Positions 56,857 through 64,000 of a stretch of 64,000 nt of DNA are shown here, piece after piece. This DNA is from Chloroflexota bacterium (GTDB lineage Bacteria; Chloroflexota; UBA11872; VXOZ01). Every line of letters begins with the position of its first letter. The first letter of the stretch is position 1. The notes under the pieces are model-generated. The model had not been told where the DNA came from, did no database searches, and was given only the letters and a program-made list of their open reading frames with translations. Made by a program: the position numbers and the translations under genes. The stretch lies in assembly GCA_963663275.1 (NCBI GenBank), contig OY760183.1:992001-1056000 (forward strand). Direction: 5' to 3'.

Positions 56857-57249
56857 ATGGCTACAACGGTTCGGGGAACGGATCCGGATGCCGTCAAGCG
56901 GTATGCCCGGAGCAGCCGCGCGCTCCTCCGGCAAGCGCAAGCGGAACTCGCGAACGGTGACAAGAGACAGGCGTCCGAGAAAGCGTGGGGCGCGGCTGCC
57001 CTCATCGTCAAAGCGGTTGCCGCGCAAGAAGGCTGGGAGCATGAAACGCACCGCATGCTCTTCCGCAACGTGCGCAGGATCGTGCGCATGACGAAGCAAC
57101 CCGATACGGAAGACCTGTTCCACATCGCGAGTTCGCTGCACCAGAACTTCTATGAAGACTATCACGAGGCGGAAACTGTGCAACGAGGCGTCGAGCGCGT
57201 GGGAGTCTTCGTCCGCAGAATGGAAGGGCTTCTGGCAGCCGGCGCTTGA
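56857..57249 (+). CDS. PaREP1-family (HEPN-like) protein
   Basis: GD..QASEKAWGAA and LHQNFYE signatures. Confidence 0.8.
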   Translation: MATTVRGTDPDAVKRYARSSRALLRQAQAELANGDKRQASEKAWGAAALIVKAVAAQEGWEHETHRMLFRNVRRIVRMTKQPDTEDLFHIASSLHQNFYEDYHEAETVQRGVERVGVFVRRMEGLLAAGA

Positions 57250-57524
57250 CCGTTGCGCATGCTCGTCCGTTGTGCGCCGCTCGCGGAGGGAGGCGCTCCG
57301 GTTGGTTCTGGTGTCTTGGCAGTGCTGTTTCTCCGCCCATTCCCCCCTCACCCTAGCCCTCTCCCCAGGGAGAGGGAACAACTGCTGCGGCGAATGCCGG
57401 CCCGGCGCGGGAGCGCGCAGGCGGCTGCGGCGCGAGGTTACCGCGAATCTTGTTCGCGGAGTCTGAAGTTGCTATAGTGAATACAGACCCCGGCCCCGCC
57501 CGCAGATGAAAGAAGCCGCCAACC

Positions 57525-58481
57525 GTGAAGGGTCGCGACCTTCTCACACTTGCCGATCTCTCCGCGTCCGAAATCCACCGGATACTCGATTCCGGCAGGT
57601 CGTTGAAGGCCGCCACGCGCGCGGATGCGGCGCGCGGCGCCGACTACCGCCCGCTTGCCGGGCGCACGCTGGCGATGATCTTCGAGAAGCCCTCATTGCG
57701 CACCCGCGCCACCTTCGCCATCGGCATGCAGCAGTTGGGCGGCCAAGTGGTGGACCTGGCCGCGGAGCACTTGCAGATGGGCGTGCGCGAGACCGTGCCG
57801 GACGTGGCGCGGAACCTGGAACGCTGGGTGGACGTGATCATGGCGCGGGTTTTCGACCACGAGACGTTGGAAATCCTGGCGGAGCACGCCAGCATTCCCA
57901 TCATCAACGGTCTCTCGGATTACACGCATCCCTGCCAGGCCTTGGCCGATTTCCTTACGATGCAGGAGCATAAAGGCGACCTGACCCAACGCAAACTGGC
58001 CTACGTCGGCGACGGCTACAACGTGGCCAACTCGCTGCTCTTTGGCGCCGGCAAGCTCGGCTACCATCTGGCGATCGGCTGCCCGGAGGGCTACCTGCCG
58101 CCGGACGACATCGTCGCCCGGGCGCGGGGTCTCGCGGCGGAATCCGGCGCTGAGCTGGAGTTGCTTACCGATCCGGTAGCCGCCGTGCGCGATGCCGACG
58201 TAATCTACACCGATTCCTGGATAAGCATGGGACTGGAGGCGGAGGCCGCCGAGCGCGAGCGCGTCTTCCCGCCCTATCAGGTGAACGCGGAACTCTTGCG
58301 CCACGCGCGGCCGGACGCCATCGTGATGCACTGCCTGCCCGCGCACCGCAACATGGAGATCACCGACGAGGTGATGGACGGTCCCCAGTCGGTCGTGTTC
58401 GACCAGGCGGAGAACCGCCTCCACGCACAGAAGGCGGTGTTGCTGGCGCTCTTAGGTGGCGGGGATCCTCAAGCCGGTTAG
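57525..58481 (+). CDS. argF: Ornithine carbamoyltransferase
   Basis: FEKPSLRTR, HPCQALAD, WISMG, HCLPAHR, DQAENRLH. Confidence 0.96.
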   Translation: MKGRDLLTLADLSASEIHRILDSGRSLKAATRADAARGADYRPLAGRTLAMIFEKPSLRTRATFAIGMQQLGGQVVDLAAEHLQMGVRETVPDVARNLERWVDVIMARVFDHETLEILAEHASIPIINGLSDYTHPCQALADFLTMQEHKGDLTQRKLAYVGDGYNVANSLLFGAGKLGYHLAIGCPEGYLPPDDIVARARGLAAESGAELELLTDPVAAVRDADVIYTDSWISMGLEAEAAERERVFPPYQVNAELLRHARPDAIVMHCLPAHRNMEITDEVMDGPQSVVFDQAENRLHAQKAVLLALLGGGDPQAG

Positions 58482-58571
58482 AGCCAAGCGCCAATCCCCC
58501 GCCACGGCCGGCCGGCGGCACGGGACGCGTCGGCACGCCGTAGGCCAGACACGCGCTCAACGAGGTGACCT

Positions 58572-59432
58572 GTGATAGTAGAAGACCTCCGTTGGCTGCT
58601 TTCCAGCCTGGACTACAGCGCGGCGTTCGACATTCTGCTCGTCGCCGCCATAATCCACATCCTCTTCACCATCGTGCGCGGGACGCTGGCGGACCAGTTG
58701 GTGCGCGGAATCGCCGTGCTGCTGGTCGTCGCCTTCATCATTGGCAATACCCTGCAACTCCTGGTCTTCGATTGGCTCTTGCGCAGCGTGCTCTCCGCCT
58801 TGGTGATCGCGATCCCCATCATCTTCCAGCCGGAACTTCGCCGTTTTCTGGAGCAAGTCGGGCGGCAAGGCACCCACCCGCTGGCCCGCTACATTCCGGT
58901 GAGCGAAGGCAACGTCCGCGCCTTAGACGCGGTAGCGAGCGTGGCCGGCCGCCTCGCGGCGAACAATTGGGGGGGCCTCATCGTAATCGAACGTGAAACC
59001 GGCTTGGAGGACCTGGTCGAGACCGGCCACCGGATCGACGGCCAGGTGAGTGAGGACTTGCTGCTGTCGATCTTCTATCCAAACTCGGCGCTGCACGACA
59101 AGGCCGTCATCATACGCGGCGGCCGCATCGTTGCCGCGTCGTGCATGCTGCCGCTCTCGGAGAACGTGCCGCCGGGCGAAGGCCTCGGCACGCGCCACGC
59201 GGCGGCCATTGGCGTGAGCGAGATGACCGACGCCGTCGCCGTCGCCGTTTCCGAACAGAGCGGCATCGTCTCGGTGGCGCGGGGCGGCGCGCTGCTGCGG
59301 CACCTGGACGAGGAAAAGCTGCGCACGTACCTCCATAGCCTCTTCAGCGAGGAGGGCGGCTCCTCGGTGCTGCCGTGGCTGCCGTTTCGCTCGCTGACGC
59401 GCAGCGACCGCGAGCGCAAAGTCTTGAAATAA
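58572..59432 (+). CDS. cdaA: Diadenylate cyclase CdaA-like protein with variant catalytic motifs
   Basis: 3 N-terminal TMs, IIFQPELRRFLE, LHDKA, LGTRHAAAIG, VSEQSG; followed by YbbR-domain gene. Confidence 0.88.
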   Translation: MIVEDLRWLLSSLDYSAAFDILLVAAIIHILFTIVRGTLADQLVRGIAVLLVVAFIIGNTLQLLVFDWLLRSVLSALVIAIPIIFQPELRRFLEQVGRQGTHPLARYIPVSEGNVRALDAVASVAGRLAANNWGGLIVIERETGLEDLVETGHRIDGQVSEDLLLSIFYPNSALHDKAVIIRGGRIVAASCMLPLSENVPPGEGLGTRHAAAIGVSEMTDAVAVAVSEQSGIVSVARGGALLRHLDEEKLRTYLHSLFSEEGGSSVLPWLPFRSLTRSDRERKVLK

Positions 59433-59439
59433 CCCTGGC

Positions 59440-60774
59440 ATGAATAGAATTCGCTCTCTCTTCGAATTGCTCGGACACTTTCTGACCCACACCCTGGGTG
59501 TGCGGTTTCTCTTTGCGCTGGCAATATCGATCATCCTGTGGGTGTTGTTCACCGCGGAGCGGAACCCGGTGCGGGAGGACGTCTTCGGCGCGGAGATTCC
59601 GGTGGAAACCAGCCGCTTGGGCGACGGCCTGGTGCTCAGCCGCACCACACCCAGCACGGTACGCTTGCGGATAGCCGCGCCCCGCGACCTGTGGGACACG
59701 CTGACCGCGGACAACTTCCGCGTGGCGGCGGATCTCTACGCCGTTGGCGCCGGCATCCATGAAGTCGCCATTCGCGTTGAGAGTCCGGAATCCATCCGCG
59801 TGATTGCCGCGGAACCGGCGACGGTGACGGTGGCGCTGGAGCAACGCAAGGAGAAAGAGGTGCCGGTGCAGGTTGAACTGGTCGGGGCGCCGCCTTTCGG
59901 CTACCGGTTTCAACTGGAGGAGTTGCTCCTGCTCCCGGACGTGGTGAAGGTGATCGGGCCCGAATCCAAAGTGGATCTGGTGGCCGCGGTGTGGCTGCGG
60001 GTGGAGGTGCATAACGCCCGGAGCACCGTAAGCCTCACGCAGCGGGCGGTACCCCGCGACGCCCAGGGAGAGAACGTGACCGGCGTGCAACTCGATCCGC
60101 CCGTCGTGCAGGTGTCGGTGCCGGTCGAGCAGCTTATCGCCTACAAAGACGTGCCGGTGCGCGTCAACGTCGTAGGGGAGCCGGGGCCGGGCTATTACGT
60201 CTCGCTCTACCGCGCCGAGCCCGCCACCGCACGCCTCTACGGTGCGCCCGAACAACTGGATGAATGGAGTTTCGTGTCTACCGTGCCCATAGACGTCACC
60301 GGCGCTACCGGCACGATCACGCAGACCGCCGGGCTCGCGAGACCGTCGGGTATTGTAGGCATCTCCAGCGAGAATGAGGTTGAAGTTACGGTGGAAGTCT
60401 TGCCGGTGATGGGCAGCGCCGAGACGCAGATTGTCGTAGTGCACGAGAACCTGCCGCCGGGCCTGGATGTCTCCATCAACCCCGCCATCGTCGCGCTTAC
60501 GCTCTATGGCCCCGCGCCGGAACTGCGGGAACTGGACGCAAGCAGCATAATCGTCTCGGTGAACCTGACCGGCTTGGGCGCCGGCACGTACACGTTGTCG
60601 CCCATCATCAGCGCGCCTGACGCATTGACGGTGGAAGGCTTCACCCCGCGGCAACTGCAAGTGGTGCTGACGGCGCGCCCCACGCCACAGCCCTCACCGG
60701 CCCCGGCGGCGCCTACCCCAACCCCAACGCCCGCGGCGGAGTCGCCGCCTCCCACGCCAACACCGGGTACGTAG
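59440..60774 (+). CDS. cdaR: CdaR / YbbR-repeat protein
   Basis: ALAISIILW anchor, repeated P.TV.V / KEVPV.V / GY / GP units. Confidence 0.85.
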   Translation: MNRIRSLFELLGHFLTHTLGVRFLFALAISIILWVLFTAERNPVREDVFGAEIPVETSRLGDGLVLSRTTPSTVRLRIAAPRDLWDTLTADNFRVAADLYAVGAGIHEVAIRVESPESIRVIAAEPATVTVALEQRKEKEVPVQVELVGAPPFGYRFQLEELLLLPDVVKVIGPESKVDLVAAVWLRVEVHNARSTVSLTQRAVPRDAQGENVTGVQLDPPVVQVSVPVEQLIAYKDVPVRVNVVGEPGPGYYVSLYRAEPATARLYGAPEQLDEWSFVSTVPIDVTGATGTITQTAGLARPSGIVGISSENEVEVTVEVLPVMGSAETQIVVVHENLPPGLDVSINPAIVALTLYGPAPELRELDASSIIVSVNLTGLGAGTYTLSPIISAPDALTVEGFTPRQLQVVLTARPTPQPSPAPAAPTPTPTPAAESPPPTPTPGT

Positions 60775-60883
60775 CGGCCGCAAACGGTGAATGGATTGGG
60801 AGCCGGCCGCGCGGCCAAGGCGCTCCACGCACGGTGACCGAACGCGCTTGACATGGTACAATGCCACGCAGAGGAGGCAAACT

Positions 60884-61129
60884 ATGGAAAACATCTCGGA
60901 TTGGGCGCCGACGATCGTGGCTATTGTGGCGTTCGCCGGACTGATCTGGCGTTTCGAGACCCGCATCTCCGGCGTTGAGCACCGCTTGGGCGAGCGCATT
61001 TCCCACCTCGGCGAGCGCGTATCGCACATGGAGGGACTCATCGAAGGCTTGAACGATCGTGTCTCTCGCATCGAGAGTGTGCTCGATACCTACTTCATGC
61101 ACGTCAGCAAGAAGGACGATTCGGAGTAA
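60884..61129 (+). CDS. Small membrane-anchored coiled-coil protein (paralog of 43987-44196)
   Basis: GAGGAGG SD; shares AFAGLIWRFETRIS and EGLIEGLNDRVSRIE with its paralog. Confidence 0.75.
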   Translation: MENISDWAPTIVAIVAFAGLIWRFETRISGVEHRLGERISHLGERVSHMEGLIEGLNDRVSRIESVLDTYFMHVSKKDDSE

Positions 61130-61359
61130 CGGTTCCGGCTCCGCTTCCCTCAGGCCCCGCGCCGGTTGCTTGCTCATCCCGGCGACGGGGTGCTTTTGCG
61201 TCCGGCGGGCGGCGTCCAGTACAGAGATGCTGACGGGCGGCTATACTGTACGTGCGCCGCGCCGGGCGCGGCAAGGGCCAGGCCGTTCGCGCACGCGCTC
61301 TCCGGCAGGCTCTTTTGGCTGCGTCCTGAATTTCGCAAGAGAGACAAGAGACTCCCACC

Positions 61360-62958
61360 GTGGTCAAGTGGTCGTACACGCCCCGCGTGCAGATCGTCGG
61401 ACGGGCGAAGAATCCCGAAGCGATTACGGCGGGCATGGCGCGCATCAGCCGCGACCCCACGCCCGTGCCGCAACTCATCAAGGAGGCCCGCGACAATACG
61501 GCCCTTGCGCGCCAGCGCAACCAGCGGGTGGTGTACGAATACGGCCACAACAGCGTGGCGGAGCACGGCTGCTTCAGCGCCGCGATCTGGGACATACCCC
61601 GCCTGCTTTCGTTGGAAATCGTGCGGCATCGGCTGGCGGCCTACACGCAGCACAGCGGACGCTACATCCCGTTTGAAGAGGTGCCGCGCCAGTTCTACTT
61701 GCCGCGGGCGTACCGGCGCGGCAAGGCGCGGCGCTTGTTCGAGGAGGCGGTGAGCCAGAGCCACGCCGCCTACCGCGAAATCTACGCCGGCTGCGCCGCT
61801 TACCTCCTGGAAAAGTACCCGCGCATGAGGCCCGCCTCCGCCGAGCGCCGCGCCACCGAGGACGCGCGTTACGCGCTGCCGCTGGCGCAGACCACCCAGG
61901 TGGGCGTGACGACAAACGCCCGCGCTTTCGCCCTGATGATCACGCGGCTGCTCTCCTCGCCGCTGCCGGAGTTTCAGGAAACCGGCGAAAGGCTCTTTGC
62001 GCAACTTCATCCGATCGCGCCCTCGCTCTTTCCGGAAAAATACATCCGCGCGCTGCCGTATCCCCAGAGCGGTTTAGACGCCGTGCAAGAGGCCGCGGCG
62101 GCGCTGGGCGTTATCCCGGCTAACACTCCCAACCCGCCGGACAGCCCCTCCGACACTCCCACCGACCCTGCCGTCAATCCCGCGAACCCTACTGTCATTC
62201 CCGCGCACACTGCCGTAAATCCCGCCAACTCTGCCGTCATTCCCGCGAAAGCGGGAATCCATCCGCCGCAAGGCGCGGCGAGCGCAACACCCACTGTCAA
62301 CCATAGCGTGCGGCTTGTGCATTACGACCCGGACGGCGAGCGCCACTTGGCCGCGGCCTTGCTCTTCCACGGTTCGCGGGTGACCTTCACCGCCGCGCAA
62401 CAGGCGGCGGCGCGTCTCGACGCGGAGCAGGTGGGACAGGTGATCCGCTCCGCTTACCGGGGCTTGCACGCCCACGACACGCTGCTGCGCGAGTTCGAAC
62501 TCCTGCACTATCAATTCGAGTTGGTGATGTCGGAAGCGGCCTATCACCAATTCATCCGCCACCGCATGAAGAGCGAGGTCTCCCAGAGCCACAGCCCCGT
62601 CCACGGGCGCACCTTGCCGCCGCTGGTGCGCAACGCCGGTTTCGCCGACCGGTACCGGCGTACGCTCGACTTCCTGGAAGAGACCTATCGCGCCTTGGGC
62701 GCAGACCGGCGCGCTGAAATCGTGCTGGCCAACGGGCACAACCTTCGCATTCTGGCCGACCTCAACGCGCGCGAAATCGTCGAGATGTCGCGCATTCGCA
62801 GCGACCGGCACGCGCAGTGGGATATTCGCAACGTTTCCGACGCCATCGCCGCCGCGGTGACGCGCGTCCATCCCCGCGTGGGCGCGGCGTGCGGCGGCCG
62901 CGACGCTTTCAAGGACGGCACGGCTAAGGTGCTGCCGCATACCGACATGCCGCAATGA
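61360..62958 (+). CDS. thyX: Two-domain FAD-dependent thymidylate synthase
   Basis: GHNSVAEH, RHRLAAYTQHSGRY (RHRX7S), EDARYALP, NAR; second RHRMKSEVSQS, NARE, HAQWDIR. Confidence 0.88.
   Translation: MVKWSYTPRVQIVGRAKNPEAITAGMARISRDPTPVPQLIKEARDNTALARQRNQRVVYEYGHNSVAEHGCFSAAIWDIPRLLSLEIVRHRLAAYTQHSGRYIPFEEVPRQFYLPRAYRRGKARRLFEEAVSQSHAAYREIYAGCAAYLLEKYPRMRPASAERRATEDARYALPLAQTTQVGVTTNARAFALMITRLLSSPLPEFQETGERLFAQLHPIAPSLFPEKYIRALPYPQSGLDAVQEAAAALGVIPANTPNPPDSPSDTPTDPAVNPANPTVIPAHTAVNPANSAVIPAKAGIHPPQGAASATPTVNHSVRLVHYDPDGERHLAAALLFHGSRVTFTAAQQAAARLDAEQVGQVIRSAYRGLHAHDTLLREFELLHYQFELVMSEAAYHQFIRHRMKSEVSQSHSPVHGRTLPPLVRNAGFADRYRRTLDFLEETYRALGADRRAEIVLANGHNLRILADLNAREIVEMSRIRSDRHAQWDIRNVSDAIAAAVTRVHPRVGAACGGRDAFKDGTAKVLPHTDMPQ
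62170..62261 (+). repeat. In-frame 21-bp repeats ending in a family-E palindrome inside the thyX linker
   Basis: Units at 62170, 62191, 62212, 62233; GTCATTCCCGCGAAAGCGGGAATCCA at 62236-62261. Confidence 0.85.
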
Positions 62959-63141
62959 ACGCCGGGGCCTAGGCCCGCCGGTGGCCTCCCGGTCGCGCCG
63001 GTTCGCGGTCGCTCGCCCCGTCGGTCCGCGGATCTCAATTAGGATTCACCGACGCGATTGCCTATAATGGAGAATACGGAATTATATCTACACGGAAGAG
63101 CAGCGACCGGCCCCCACAAAGCAAGGAGCGGGCATTGCATC

Positions 63142-64000
63142 ATGGCTACGCGAGCGCGGACGAAAGAAGAGAACGGCGCGGATGGGCGCACCCAGGCGCT
63201 GGAGGCGGCGATTAGCCAGATTGAGCGCCGCTACGGCAAGGGCTCGATCATGCGCATGGGCGAAGAGGCCGCCGTGCCCGTTTCCGTCGTCCCCACCGGC
63301 TCGCTCTCGCTCGACCTGGCATTGGGCGTAGGCGGCGTGCCCCGGGGGCGCATTATCGAAATCTACGGCAATGAGGGCAGCGGCAAGACCACCCTGGCCC
63401 AGCACGTGGTAGCCGAGGCCCAGCAGGGCGGCGGCTCCGCCGCTTTCGTGGACGCCGAGCACGCCTTCGACCCCTCCTATGCCGCCAAGTGCGGCGTGCG
63501 CATCGACGACCTGCTGGTCTCCCAGCCGGACAACGGCGAACAGGCCCTGGAAATCGCCGAGATGCTGGTGCGCAGCAACGCCGTGGACGTCATCGTGGTC
63601 GACTCCGTGGCCGCCTTGGTGCCGAAAGCCGAGATCGAAGGCGAAATGGGCGATGCCCACATGGGCTTGCAGGCGCGGCTCATGTCGCAGGCGCTGCGCA
63701 AGCTCACCGCCGCCATCAACCGTTCGCGCACCGTCGTCATCTTCATCAACCAGGTGCGTGAGAAGATCGGCATTGTGTTCGGCAACCCGGAGACCACGCC
63801 GGGCGGACGCGCCCTGCGTTTCTACTCCTCCGTGCGCATCGACGTGCGGCGCATCGATTACGTGAAGAACGGACAGGAGCAGGTGGGCATCCGCGTGCGC
63901 GCCAAGGTGGTCAAGAACAAGGTCGCGCCGCCGTTCCAGACCTGCGAGTTCGACATTCTCTTCGACGAGGGCATCTCCAAGCTGGGCGATCTCATCGACC
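63142..64000 (+). CDS. recA: Recombinase RecA (3'-truncated by window edge)
   Basis: [67 protein letters not shown] read from DNA. Confidence 0.97.
   Translation, partial: MATRARTKEENGADGRTQALEAAISQIERRYGKGSIMRMGEEAAVPVSVVPTGSLSLDLALGVGGVPRGRIIEIYGNEGSGKTTLAQHVVAEAQQGGGSAAFVDAEHAFDPSYAAKCGVRIDDLLVSQPDNGEQALEIAEMLVRSNAVDVIVVDSVAALVPKAEIEGEMGDAHMGLQARLMSQALRKLTAAINRSRTVVIFINQVREKIGIVFGNPETTPGGRALRFYSSVRIDVRRIDYVKNGQEQVGIRVRAKVVKNKVAPPFQTCEFDILFDEGISKLGDLID

Noticed and set aside
63030-63141. LexA box upstream of recA (also checked mutL and radical SAM)
   Set aside because: No GAAC-N4-GTTC-like match; only a TATAAT at 63063-63068.
63088-63660. 190-aa minus-strand ORF
   Set aside because: Antisense shadow of recA.

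Overview
High-GC bacterial chromosomal segment; gene content suggests Chloroflexota (inference only). It is mostly housekeeping and accessory genes: mutL, hsp20, ANTAR response regulator, dprA, lipB, aroF-(AhpD-like)-aroA, mnmA, alaS, mutY, radical SAM, argF, cdaA-cdaR, two-domain thyX and partial recA. It also carries ABC components, hydrolases and several large membrane glycan-modifying proteins. No rRNA, tRNA, CRISPR array, prophage or transposase gene was seen. The most striking hidden structure is intergenic: at least eight families of short palindromes (REP-like GTAG, GTCATTCC and CCCTCTCCC types). Four families of 140-250 bp non-autonomous TIR elements carry these palindromes as cargo and insert into other palindromes or onto stop codons; three of the four show target duplications. 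Palindrome arms are also amplified into tandem arrays, one capturing a gene end and one lying in frame inside thyX. Other notable points: an unlisted Phe/Tyr leader-peptide attenuator before aroF, a CdaA with both catalytic signatures changed (DGA>DKA, RHR>RHA), a solo ThsB-like TIR gene, a MocA-Ham1 fusion, a glycoside hydrolase-O-antigen ligase fusion and a LysM lipoprotein with one dead and one intact zincin-like repeat.
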